This document shows, piece by piece, positions 19,231-28,821 of a stretch of 64,000 nt of DNA. The notes under the pieces were generated by a model. It ran no database searches and was not told the DNA's origin. It worked only from the letters and a program-made list of their open reading frames with translations. Where the stretch lies: contig CAXWPL010000002.1 in NCBI GenBank assembly GCA_963666215.2, positions 64,001 to 128,000 on the forward strand. Direction: 5' to 3'. Within the stretch, counting starts at the first letter, position 1, and each line of letters begins with the position of its first letter. The position numbers were made by a program, and so were the translations under genes. The DNA is from Acidobacteriota bacterium. GTDB lineage: Bacteria; Acidobacteriota; UBA890; WLXD01.

Positions 19231-19614
19231 GACGAAACGCCGGAAACCATGATGACGTCGCCGTTGGCCGCCGAGGAATCCACCTATCGCAGGCCGCCCG
19301 CCGGTAGGCCTCAGCCAAGACGCGAGGGCACGGAGGGCGGAACAACCTCGAGCGGTGACGGTTGCGTCGCGCCGGGATATCCGCTCCGCCTGCCTTCAGA
19401 CCGAGGTGGCCGGAAGTAAGGAGTAGCCCTACTCACCCCGAGTCCGAACCGGATCACTGCGTGGTCGGACGCGTTTGTCGCCGCGGTCAACAAGCGGTGA
19501 CGTGCGGTTCCCTGCACCTAGTCGCTATGTCCGCCATTCTGTTTGAACGTTGGTGGGACTTGTCTTGACTCGGGTTGTTGGTGATCTAGACCTGAACGCA
19601 TACGCTTCTGGCCC

Positions 19615-19931
19615 ATGGAAACGGGAACCCGACTCGGACCTTACGAGATCCTCGAGCAGTTCGGTGCGGGCGGCATGGGCGAGGTGTGGCTGGCGACCGA
19701 CACGCGCCTGGGCCGCAAGGTGGCGATCAAGGTGCTGCCCGAGCAGTTCGCGTCAAAAGTGCTCGACTTCGGCCTGGCCAAGACCCAGGAAGGCGCGTCG
19801 TATTCATCCGGGAGGACGCCCGACCAGACCCAATCGCCCACCATGCTGCAGGCTACGGGCGCCGGCATGATCATGGGCACGGCGGCTTACATGAGCCCCG
19901 AGCAAGCCAAGGGGAAGGTCGTCGAGCTCCA
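19615..19931 (+). pseudogene. Ser/Thr protein kinase pseudogene (internal deletion and truncation)
   Basis: GAGGMGEVW and VAIKVL joined directly to KVLDFGLAK and [10 protein letters not shown]; no HRDLKP; similarity stops at the MFS gene end. Confidence 0.85.
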
Positions 19932-21299
19932 TCACGCGGCCCCACTGACCCCTCTCGGGATTCTCGTCGTCGCGGCCAGGACGGCGGCGGCGGCCAGCGC
20001 CATGACCGCGCCGAGCACGAACGGTGCGTGCGGCCCGAGCGTCGACCATAGCCAGCCGGCGAGTAGGCTCGCGGCCAGCAACAGCGCACCGTTGATGGTC
20101 TGGTAGAGCCCCATGGCGGTGGCGCGCCGTGCGCCGGTGGACAGGTCGGCGACGTAGGCTCGCGCCACGCCCGACGTGGCGGCCGCGTACAGGCCGTACA
20201 GGCACATGAGCGGCCACGTCCATACCGGGGTTCGGATGAGGCCGAAGGCGCCGTAGACGAAGGCGAAAGCCACAAAGCCGGCAACAAGCACGCGGTGGCG
20301 GCCGATGCGGTCCGAGAGCGCCCCGAGGGGAGTGGCCGCGATAGCGTAGATCAGGTTGTAGAGTACGTAGAGCCAAAGCACGTCCATGTCGTCGAGGCCG
20401 AGCTGGCGTGCCCGCAGCAGCAGGAACACGTTGCTGCTGTTGCCGAGCGCGAAAAGCGCGCTCACCCAGAGGAAGCTGCGCAGCTCCGGAGAGGCAGCGA
20501 AGATCGCTGCCGGGGGCGTGGACTCCGCTGGTGGCGACTCTGACGATTGCGATGATGGGGCGGGAGACGGAGTGGACTCGGATCGGGACTGGGAGATCGA
20601 GTCGGCGCCCGCTCGAACGGCCTGGCTACTTTCGCCCTCGCCCTCGGACGCGGCCCTGGCTGCCGCGAACCCGCGCGTTGGCCTCAGCAGCCCCAACGAC
20701 GCAACAGCCATAACGCTCGGCACGGCGGCAACAAGAAAGATCGCTCGATACGAGAGCCCCAGCGTGTTCAGCAACAGGATGCCCAGAAGCGGGCCGGCGA
20801 CGGCGCCGGTGGTGTCCATGGCCCGATGCAGCCCGAAGGCCATGCCGCGCCGCTCGGGGCTCACGGAGGCCGCCAGCATCGCGTCTCGCGGTGGTCCGCG
20901 CAGTCCCTTGCCGGCGCGATCGAGCAGGCGAGCGGCGAGCAGCATCGGCCAGGTGCCCGCGAGCGCCAGCAAGGGTCGCGACAGTGTCGACAGGCCGTAG
21001 CCGGTGTACAGCCATGGCAGGCGACGTCGGTAGCGGTCGGAAAGCACTCCGGACACCAGCTTGAGCAGGCTGGCGGTACTCTCGGCGAGGCCTTCGATCA
21101 GCCCCACCACGCTCATGGGAGCCCCCAGAACGCTCGTCAGGTACAGCGGGATGATCGGGTAGAGCATCTCGCTGCTGACGTCGGTCAGCAGGCTGACGAG
21201 GCCAAGGACCACGACGTTGCGTCCGAAGCGGGCCCGCGACGGCGGCTTGATGCGAGCCTTGGAGCGCGACGTGGAGCCGGATCGAGGGTCCGACGTCAC
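19932..21299 (-). CDS. MFS transporter
   Basis: About 12 TM; [43 protein letters not shown]. Confidence 0.92.
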   Translation of the reverse strand: MTSDPRSGSTSRSKARIKPPSRARFGRNVVVLGLVSLLTDVSSEMLYPIIPLYLTSVLGAPMSVVGLIEGLAESTASLLKLVSGVLSDRYRRRLPWLYTGYGLSTLSRPLLALAGTWPMLLAARLLDRAGKGLRGPPRDAMLAASVSPERRGMAFGLHRAMDTTGAVAGPLLGILLLNTLGLSYRAIFLVAAVPSVMAVASLGLLRPTRGFAAARAASEGEGESSQAVRAGADSISQSRSESTPSPAPSSQSSESPPAESTPPAAIFAASPELRSFLWVSALFALGNSSNVFLLLRARQLGLDDMDVLWLYVLYNLIYAIAATPLGALSDRIGRHRVLVAGFVAFAFVYGAFGLIRTPVWTWPLMCLYGLYAAATSGVARAYVADLSTGARRATAMGLYQTINGALLLAASLLAGWLWSTLGPHAPFVLGAVMALAAAAVLAATTRIPRGVSGAA

Positions 21300-23314
21300 T
21301 CTTCGCGGCTGGCGACGGACAACAACCAGGCCGACAGCGCCAGCAGCAGTACCAGCCCCGGCCAGCCCTGCAGAGGCGCTTGCGCGACGGTGAACATCTC
21401 GGCACCGAAGAAGCTCGACCAGTTGGCGAGCACGATCGGCAGCGCCAGCAGGATACCTACGAGCGCCTCGCCGGTGATCATGCCCGACGCCAGCAGCAGG
21501 GCGCTGATCGCCTGCTTACGTTCCTTGCCGTGGGCCTTGACGCGCCGCTCCGCGAGCCACCAGATCACACCACCAAGAAAGATTGCCGTGTCGAGCTCGA
21601 GCGGCAGGTAAATGCCCACGGCAACAGCGAGGATCGGAGCCCGGAACTCGGAGCCCCGTGCCTCGAGGGCGCGATCCCAGAGGATGATCGCGACGCCGAT
21701 GGCCGCGCCGAGCGCCACCATGCCCCACGGCAGTCCACCGCGGAACACACCCTCGGCGACGCTCGCCATCAGCGTCGCCTGGGGGGCTGTCAACGAGTCG
21801 GGGTTGGCCGCCGTAGCCGGGCCGATGCCGTAGCGCGCCTGCAACAGGTAGAGCACCGGCATCATCACGAACGCCGCCGACACGACGCCGATGAGCTCCA
21901 TCGTTTGCTGCTTCCACGGTGTGGCCCCGAGGATGTGGCCGGCTTTGAGATCCTGCATGGTGTCGCCGGAGATGGCGGCGGCGCAGGCGACAACCGCGGC
22001 CACGAAAATGGCGGCTGCGGGCCCGGCCGGGCTATCGGCGCCGAGCAGCAGCAACAGCAGCAGCGATGTGAAGAGCAGTGTAGCGATGGTTACCCCGGAG
22101 ATCGGGTTGTTGGACGATCCAACGAGCCCCGCCATGTACCCGGCAACGGCTGCGAAGAAGAACCCGGCGATCAGCATGATGACCGCCATGAGCGCCGAGA
22201 CCCCGATCTGTCCGACGATGGTCTGATAAAGGAAGAAGATCGGCACAACGCAGGCCACGGTTGCGACGATTACCCAGTTCATCGGAGCGTCGTGTGCGGT
22301 GCGCTCGATCGCGCCGGCTCGCCCAGAGCGTGCGTTCCGATAAGCCTGCAGCCCGGAGGCGACTCCGCGTTGGACGGGCTCGGCGAGCTTGATCAGGGCC
22401 CACAGGCCGCCCACAACCATGGCGCCAACGCCGAGGTAGCGGATCTGGCTGCTCCAGATTCCGTCGGCCGCCGCCACCACGTCACCTGCCGGCATGCCGT
22501 TCTGCCAGACGTAAATCGGGATGCCGACGAACCAGGCGATGGCACCGCCGACGAAGATCAACGTCGCGATGTTGAGCCCGACGATGTAGCCAACGGCCAC
22601 CAGGGCGGGGGAGAGGTTGATTCCGAAAACCCAGATCGTGCCCAGGGCGCGCGCGCCAACCGCCTGGGTCCCCGTCCAAAGCCCCATCCCGGTCTCGCCG
22701 AACTTCATGGCCGCGCCGGCCAGCGAGGCCGCGGCAAGGACGCGAATGCTGCGCCGTTGGCTGCCCTCGTCGGCCGACATCGCCGCGATCTCGGCAGGCA
22801 GATCGGGTGCGTCGCCGCGTGTCACGCCGCCTGTTTTGAGAACCTCGGCGGTGGCGACCCCTTCGGGGAAGCGCAGCTGCTGCTCCACGACAAGCGCGCG
22901 CCGCAATGGAATCGAGAACAGCACCCCGAGCACGCCGCCAACCCCGGCGAGCGCGGTGACCTGCCAGTAGTCGAACGTGTCCCAGTGGCCCATCAGCACC
23001 AGTGCCGGGATCGTGAAGATGACGCCGGCGGCGAGCGACTCACCCGCGGAGGCCGCCGTTTGCACGAGGTTGTTCTCGAGGATGTTCGACGTGCGGAAGG
23101 CGCGCAGCACCGCCATCGAGACCACGGCCGCGGGAATCGACGCCGACACGGTCATCCCGGCGAACAGCCCCAGGTAGGCGTTCGCTCCGCCCAGCACCAC
23201 CGACAGCAGAATCCCTAGGATCACCGCCTTGAAGGTGATCTCCGGCAGGGTGACCGTAGCCGGGATCAGCGGCTCGGTTGGCGAGTTGGGCGCGGGCCTA
23301 GGGTCGGACGTCAC
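21296..23314 (-). CDS. Oligopeptide transporter, OPT family
   Basis: ANAYLGLFAGMTVSASIPAAVVS, ENNLVQT, FPEGVA, GSSNNPISG, MQDLKAG, APQATLM. Confidence 0.95.
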   Translation of the reverse strand: MTSDPRPAPNSPTEPLIPATVTLPEITFKAVILGILLSVVLGGANAYLGLFAGMTVSASIPAAVVSMAVLRAFRTSNILENNLVQTAASAGESLAAGVIFTIPALVLMGHWDTFDYWQVTALAGVGGVLGVLFSIPLRRALVVEQQLRFPEGVATAEVLKTGGVTRGDAPDLPAEIAAMSADEGSQRRSIRVLAAASLAGAAMKFGETGMGLWTGTQAVGARALGTIWVFGINLSPALVAVGYIVGLNIATLIFVGGAIAWFVGIPIYVWQNGMPAGDVVAAADGIWSSQIRYLGVGAMVVGGLWALIKLAEPVQRGVASGLQAYRNARSGRAGAIERTAHDAPMNWVIVATVACVVPIFFLYQTIVGQIGVSALMAVIMLIAGFFFAAVAGYMAGLVGSSNNPISGVTIATLLFTSLLLLLLLGADSPAGPAAAIFVAAVVACAAAISGDTMQDLKAGHILGATPWKQQTMELIGVVSAAFVMMPVLYLLQARYGIGPATAANPDSLTAPQATLMASVAEGVFRGGLPWGMVALGAAIGVAIILWDRALEARGSEFRAPILAVAVGIYLPLELDTAIFLGGVIWWLAERRVKAHGKERKQAISALLLASGMITGEALVGILLALPIVLANWSSFFGAEMFTVAQAPLQGWPGLVLLLALSAWLLSVASREE

Positions 23315-23411
23315 CGGGGCATCCTAACTGTTCTAGTGGGCTGTTGTGGAAGTGGGTACGACTGACTGCAAGCGCCTGCGAGGCGCCTGCAAGCACGTCC
23401 ACGATAGCCCG

Positions 23412-25292
23412 CTAGCGCTGGATGGCGGCGAGCAGGTCGGCGGCAGCCTCTTTGAGGCTCGCGCGCACCTCGTACACACCGCTGAGATGCGCCGGGCGGA
23501 CGTACACTCCGTCGGTGGCGAATTCGTCGGCATCGGCGGCTCGCGGAGCTTCGCTGCCGATCGCCAGGTCAGCCACGACTTCGCCGTCGATCAGAGCCCG
23601 CACCTGATACGTCGGTGCGGCGAGGCCCCACGGCCGCAGATCCGGCGCGGCGCCGTTCCATTCGCTGGCGACAGCTTCCATGCGGAGATAGTTGACGTCC
23701 CAGAGCAAGTCGGTGACCGCCTCGCCGTTCTCGAGCGAGGCCCCGGCGGGGGAGCCGAGGCTCCACTCCTCGCCCGATTGGTTGAAGACGTACTTCGTGC
23801 CGTCGCTGTCGTCGACTTCGATCGTTGTCAGGTCCGACTGGCTGAACTGCACGATGGTCTTGCTGCGCAGATCGAACAGGTTGGTGCGCAGGACTTCGAG
23901 ATCCTCGGCCGTAACCAAATAAACGGTGTCGTCGCCCGACACGCTCACGTAGTTCGCGTCGATCGTCTCGGGCTCTTCGTCCGGCGGGGCATCATCACTG
24001 GCCGCTACGGTTGTTGCGGAGCCGATGTGGATTTGGATCGGCGCACTCGGCGTTGCGGCGTCGGCGCCGGTCATCTCGACACTCAGTGTGAGCTCAGGGT
24101 TGGCAAGGCCGGTGCTCGTTGCCGCCATCCCGAAGCTGTGGGCCCGGAGGTCGACGAGAGCGCGGAGCAATCGGGAGGCGGCCGAGGCGTCGGCGTCGAT
24201 GGGTCGAGGCGAGGTGACGCGCCAATCGCTACCATCGCGCTCGATGCGCACCGACTCGGCGGCGTCCGACGTTGACGAGATGGAGATCGCGGAGACGAGA
24301 TCGCGCTCGAGAGCCAGCACCGACTTGTTGCGCAGGTCGGTAGCGCTGGCAGGGAGCGAGTCGAGCAGGTCGCCGGCAACGACGAAGATCGAAGGGCTGC
24401 CCTCACGCATCGCGAAATAGCCCTCGTGCTCTTCCGAAGAAGACCCGATCAACAGCGTGTGCGAGGCATCGGTTCGGGTGCGCAGCGTCAAGCGCACGGC
24501 CGGCTGGTCGAGGCCATGCTCGGCGAGTTGCTCCGCGCTGGGCGCATCGTCGAGCACGAACGCCTCGGCTTCCTCGCCGTGCAGCGCCGAGAGAAGATCG
24601 TCAAGGGTCTCGTTGTCGGCTCGACCACTGAAAGGCGCCGACGCAACCCACTGTGGCTCGGCGCTATTGCCTGGCACGTTTTCGCGGTGTAGCGCCGCCG
24701 TCAGGCCGTCGCGGGTGATCTCGACGTCGCGGATCTCCGACTCCTCGAAGCGCAGCACAGTTCGGTCACGCAGATCGAGCATGCTGGAGCCCACCGACGC
24801 CCGAACCGAGCGGCCGGCGCTGTAGACCTTGTTGTTACCCGTGGTGACATACAGATTGTAGCCAACGGGGGTGTCCTTACCCACCGCGAGGGTCAGCTCG
24901 GATCCATCCTCGAGCTGCAGCGTGACCGCGGCCTGCGGACCACTGTCCCCGCCGAGCTCAAATGGCGCCATGTCGTCGGCCGCTTCGACGACGAGGCTTT
25001 CTTGGGTGAAGCCACCGATGCGCTCAACCAGCGAGTCGATCTCGGTGCCGTCGGCCGGTACGCGCCGTGGCTCTACGATCGTCCAGCCGTCTTCTTCTTT
25101 GGCCGCCGCGAAAGCGCCGGACTCGCCCTCGAACGAGATGCGCGTGACCTGCTCGGCGTCGAACGACAGCAGCAGCTCCGATTGGCGCTCAGCCTCTTCG
25201 CGCCCTTCGCGTCCCCGGACCTCGTAGAAATAAACGAAACCGCCCAAGGCAACCAGCAGCACCGCCATGAATATCGTGTTGCGTGTCTGCAT
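23412..25292 (-). CDS. DUF4340-type membrane-anchored protein of a Gld-like ABC system
   Basis: N-terminal TM; repeated units (W...P...AD, GL..P, IG, DLR.K); position after the GldG-like gene. Confidence 0.8.
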   Translation of the reverse strand: MQTRNTIFMAVLLVALGGFVYFYEVRGREGREEAERQSELLLSFDAEQVTRISFEGESGAFAAAKEEDGWTIVEPRRVPADGTEIDSLVERIGGFTQESLVVEAADDMAPFELGGDSGPQAAVTLQLEDGSELTLAVGKDTPVGYNLYVTTGNNKVYSAGRSVRASVGSSMLDLRDRTVLRFEESEIRDVEITRDGLTAALHRENVPGNSAEPQWVASAPFSGRADNETLDDLLSALHGEEAEAFVLDDAPSAEQLAEHGLDQPAVRLTLRTRTDASHTLLIGSSSEEHEGYFAMREGSPSIFVVAGDLLDSLPASATDLRNKSVLALERDLVSAISISSTSDAAESVRIERDGSDWRVTSPRPIDADASAASRLLRALVDLRAHSFGMAATSTGLANPELTLSVEMTGADAATPSAPIQIHIGSATTVAASDDAPPDEEPETIDANYVSVSGDDTVYLVTAEDLEVLRTNLFDLRSKTIVQFSQSDLTTIEVDDSDGTKYVFNQSGEEWSLGSPAGASLENGEAVTDLLWDVNYLRMEAVASEWNGAAPDLRPWGLAAPTYQVRALIDGEVVADLAIGSEAPRAADADEFATDGVYVRPAHLSGVYEVRASLKEAAADLLAAIQR

Positions 25293-25297
25293 GGCCC

Positions 25298-26911
25298 CTA
25301 CCTCCGGCCGCGCCGGAGCCAAAGCATCATCCCGGAGAACAGAATCAGCTCCGGCAGGAGTAGCACGGTCGTATAGAAGACGGCCGTGCTTTGACCTTGG
25401 GTCAACATGACGCGCGAGGCGCGCGTGTTGCGCGGCCGGATCGAGATCAACTCCTCTTCGCCACCCAGCCAACCGACGGCGTTGAGCAGCAAGTCCTCGT
25501 TGAAGTATCGCCCCAGCAGTCCGTTCGTTGTCCAGTCGGAATCGCCAAAGACAACGACGCGTCCCTCGAGATCGGCCGGTGCCGAGTCGCTGGCCTCACC
25601 GCCACCTTCCGCACCGTCGCTGGCAGACGCGATTCGAGGTGCCGTCCAGTTGAGGGCGTTCCCCGTCAACGTCATCGCAACGCCGAGCGATACGGGGCCG
25701 GCCCTGTCGTCATCCGTCTGCTCGACCTCACCGGTGTCGAGCAGGCGTGCGACGTCACTCTCGGCCCAAGAGGCGTCGGACGTCATCGCCAGCTCGGTCA
25801 CGCTGACGCCGTCGGCGGCGCTTTCGTCATTCGCCTTGCTGACGGTGCGGACCATCCGAAAGTTGGTGTACTCGCTGAAGCCGGCGGTGATCGCGTGCGG
25901 GCCGTAGCTACCCACCACCGGATCGACTCCGAGCGTGGCGCCGGCGAACAGCTGCAGCCGCTGCTCGACCACGACATCGTTGCCCACGGTAACGCCTCGG
26001 CGCGCCAGCAACGGCACGAGTTGATCGCCAGCCTGCGGGTCGAGCAGCAGCAGGGCCTTGCCGCCGCGGTCGATGTAGCGCTCGATCAGCTCGAGCTCGA
26101 GGTCGAAGAACGGCCGCTTCGGTCCCGCCACAACGAGCAAACCGCAGTCCGCCGGAACGTCGGGAACCGAGCCGAGCACCAGCGACTCCATGTCGTAGCC
26201 CTCATTCGCGAGAGCCGCCTTCGCCAGGCCCCAGCCGTTGGGGGTGCTGGCGTCATCGAGGTCGGGCTCGGCATGCCCGCTGACAAAGTACGCAACCTCG
26301 CGCGCAGCTGCCGTGAGCCGGATGAGCGTGTTGGTCAGCGATTCTTCACTGACATCGTTGATCCGGCTGCTCTCTTCTCCGACGGTCAGATGGAGCGTGT
26401 TGTAAGCGGTGATCTCGTAACGCTCCGCCAGCTCGGGACGCTTGTCCGGGTCGATGATCTCGTAGGTGAACAGATCCGACTCGGCAGCGTAGCTCGCCAG
26501 CAGGTCGCGGACTGCGGGATCTTCGCCCTCTCGGAAGAAGGCACGCGCTTCCACCGGCGAGTCCAGATTGCCGGCCAACTGAGCGCTCTGCGGTGCTAGC
26601 GAGAACATGCTTTGTTCGGTGACGTCGTAACGCGTTGGATGCTGGACCGCGAGGTAGTTGACGACAGCCACCACAGCCAGCGTGACCACCGTGTAGACGA
26701 TGGAATTGGTGCCGTGCTTGGCCTTGCGGCTGCCAACCGACTCCTTGAGCGAGTCCACCTGGGTGAACAGGTAGAGCGCCAGCATCATCGAGCCGAGGAT
26801 CACGTGTACCAGAACGTACAGGGAGGTCCAGTCGCCTGTAATGAAGCCCGCAATAACGCCGAACACCAAGACAATCAGGCCGAGTGGGCCAAACATGCGA
26901 TAGCTACCCAT
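25298..26911 (-). CDS. GldG-family ABC auxiliary protein
   Basis: RYDVTEQSMFSLAPQS, IDPDKRP, YFVSGHAE, GRVVVFGDSD, LLNAVGWL, C-terminal TM. Confidence 0.88.
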   Translation of the reverse strand: MGSYRMFGPLGLIVLVFGVIAGFITGDWTSLYVLVHVILGSMMLALYLFTQVDSLKESVGSRKAKHGTNSIVYTVVTLAVVAVVNYLAVQHPTRYDVTEQSMFSLAPQSAQLAGNLDSPVEARAFFREGEDPAVRDLLASYAAESDLFTYEIIDPDKRPELAERYEITAYNTLHLTVGEESSRINDVSEESLTNTLIRLTAAAREVAYFVSGHAEPDLDDASTPNGWGLAKAALANEGYDMESLVLGSVPDVPADCGLLVVAGPKRPFFDLELELIERYIDRGGKALLLLDPQAGDQLVPLLARRGVTVGNDVVVEQRLQLFAGATLGVDPVVGSYGPHAITAGFSEYTNFRMVRTVSKANDESAADGVSVTELAMTSDASWAESDVARLLDTGEVEQTDDDRAGPVSLGVAMTLTGNALNWTAPRIASASDGAEGGGEASDSAPADLEGRVVVFGDSDWTTNGLLGRYFNEDLLLNAVGWLGGEEELISIRPRNTRASRVMLTQGQSTAVFYTTVLLLPELILFSGMMLWLRRGRR

Positions 26912-26916
26912 TCGAT

Positions 26917-27690
26917 CTATCTCCAGCGCAGCGATTCGAGTGATCGCTGCGACAGAAAGAGCCCCACGGTCACCACGCTGAGGTAGTAGATGACGTCGTC
27001 GCTCTTGACCAGCCCGCGCATCATGTCTTGCGAGTGGTCGGTCAGAGAGAGGTGGCGCAACACGGCGCCCATACTTTCGCCTACCGCGTCGGCCGGCCAG
27101 CTGATCAACAGCAACAGGAGCAGCGTGCCACCGGCGAGCACTCCGGCGACGATTTGATTGTCGGTAAGTGTCGACGTGAACAAGCCGATGGAGATCGCCG
27201 ACATGCCGATCAGCAGGAGGGCGAGGTAGCCGGTCAGGATCCGCGGTACCTCCGGGTCACCGAAGTACATCAGAACGGCGGGGTACACGAACGCGCACGC
27301 AAGCATCGCCACGAGAAACAGCGTCGCGCCAGAGAACTTGCCGAGAGTGATCTCGAGAGTGCTGACGGGCGATGTGAGCAGCAGCTCGTCGGTGCCGTTG
27401 GCGCGCTCCTCGGCGAACAGCCTCATCGTCAGCAACGGGATGATCATGATGAAGACGATGATCATGTTGCCGAGCAGAGGGCTCAGAACCCAGTCGTTGA
27501 GGTTCATCTGTTCCATCTGCCCGGGCTGTTGCATCGACGAGTAGATCGCCACGTAGCGCGAGAACTGCGCCAGCATGTTCCAGAACATGAAGCCGGAGAT
27601 GAGCAGAAAGCCGGCCATCACGACGTACGCCACGGGCGAATAGAAGTAGGAGCGCAACTCCTTGTAGGCGATTGCCCAGATGTTGGTCAT
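26917..27690 (-). CDS. ABC-2 permease (GldF-like)
   Basis: KELRSYFYSPVAY, PLLTMRLFAEERANGTDELLLTSP, TDNQIVA. Confidence 0.92.
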   Translation of the reverse strand: MTNIWAIAYKELRSYFYSPVAYVVMAGFLLISGFMFWNMLAQFSRYVAIYSSMQQPGQMEQMNLNDWVLSPLLGNMIIVFIMIIPLLTMRLFAEERANGTDELLLTSPVSTLEITLGKFSGATLFLVAMLACAFVYPAVLMYFGDPEVPRILTGYLALLLIGMSAISIGLFTSTLTDNQIVAGVLAGGTLLLLLLISWPADAVGESMGAVLRHLSLTDHSQDMMRGLVKSDDVIYYLSVVTVGLFLSQRSLESLRWR

Positions 27691-28550
27691 CGATCGTCTC
27701 CTTCGCCCTCGGTCACGCCAGTGATCTCGTGCACCGCGGTGTGGTTGTAGTCATCGAGTGTGGTGTCGTCCGCGGCCTCGGGCTCCAGGTCTTGTTCCGC
27801 TTCGCCGACCTCTTCCTCCTCAACCTCTTCCTCGACTACCGGCTCGTCGCCGGTCGTCACGCGTAAGAACACTGTCTCGAGGTCTTCACTCGCGGTCAAG
27901 GAGTCGGTCGTGTCATCCGCGACGATACGGCCGCGAGAGATGATCACGACGCGGTCGCAGATCTGGTTGACCTCGGGGAGGATGTGGGTTGACAGAATCA
28001 CTGTGCGGTCTTCGGCGAGAGTTCTGATGAGCTTTCGGATGCCAATGATCTGCTGAGGGTCGAGGCCGATGGTGGGCTCGTCGAGCACAATCACCTCGGG
28101 GCTGTGGACGATGGCCTGAGCGATCGCTACACGCTGCTTGTAGCCGCGCGACAACGTGCCGATTGGCTGCCGTGCCACTTCCTCGGTCGCGGTCGCCTCG
28201 AGCGCGCGTCCCACCGCGGAGGCTCGATCGGGGCGCGGCACGCCCTTGATGCGCGCCACGAAGTCGAGGTAGGAGGTCGGTGTCATGTCGCGGTACAGCG
28301 GCGGATTCTCAGGCAGGTAGCCGACGCGGCGTCGCACTTCGCGCGACTGCTCGAAGACGTCGAATCCAGCCACCCTTGCGGTGCCACTGCTCGCCGGCAT
28401 GTAGCCGGTGATGATCCGCATGGTGGTGGTCTTGCCGGCGCCGTTCGGACCCAGAAATCCGAGGATTTGGCCGGGCTCAGCGGTAAACGAGACATCGGCA
28501 ACCGCGGCGTGGTTACCGTAGTACTTGGTGAGGTGATCGACTTCGATCAT
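27687..28550 (-). CDS. ABC ATP-binding protein (GldA-like) with acidic tail
   Basis: GPNGAGKTT, LSRGYKQR, LDEPTIGLDP, STHIL. Confidence 0.95.
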   Translation of the reverse strand: MIEVDHLTKYYGNHAAVADVSFTAEPGQILGFLGPNGAGKTTTMRIITGYMPASSGTARVAGFDVFEQSREVRRRVGYLPENPPLYRDMTPTSYLDFVARIKGVPRPDRASAVGRALEATATEEVARQPIGTLSRGYKQRVAIAQAIVHSPEVIVLDEPTIGLDPQQIIGIRKLIRTLAEDRTVILSTHILPEVNQICDRVVIISRGRIVADDTTDSLTASEDLETVFLRVTTGDEPVVEEEVEEEEVGEAEQDLEPEAADDTTLDDYNHTAVHEITGVTEGEGDDR

Positions 28551-28821
28551 GAGGCAAGCTTCACGCAGGTTAGAGAGTCAAGGTGGTCTGACGTCGAGCC
28601 CGTCTTTTTCACGGACCGGCCCCATTTTCGATCAAGGCTGATCTGCGGTCCAACGGATTCTGTTCGGCGCGGGAAGAAATCGCATCCGGCGAGAACGTCA
28701 GGGCGGCTGGGGGGAGCCAGCCGACGGTCAATTCTAGCAAAGCGCGGATTCCCGCGACGGCGATTCGGCAAATGGAGTCGAATGGACGCGGCAGGGACAC
28801 TGGCCTTACTACACTGCGCCG

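Larger units (their letters stand above)
7591..19540. mobile_element. Decayed integrative island at the tRNA-Asp 3' end
   Basis: Tyrosine integrase about 620 bp from the tRNA; dense IS elements and gene fragments; CCGCCATTCT occurs at 7591-7600 and 19531-19540. The right boundary is tentative. Confidence 0.7.
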
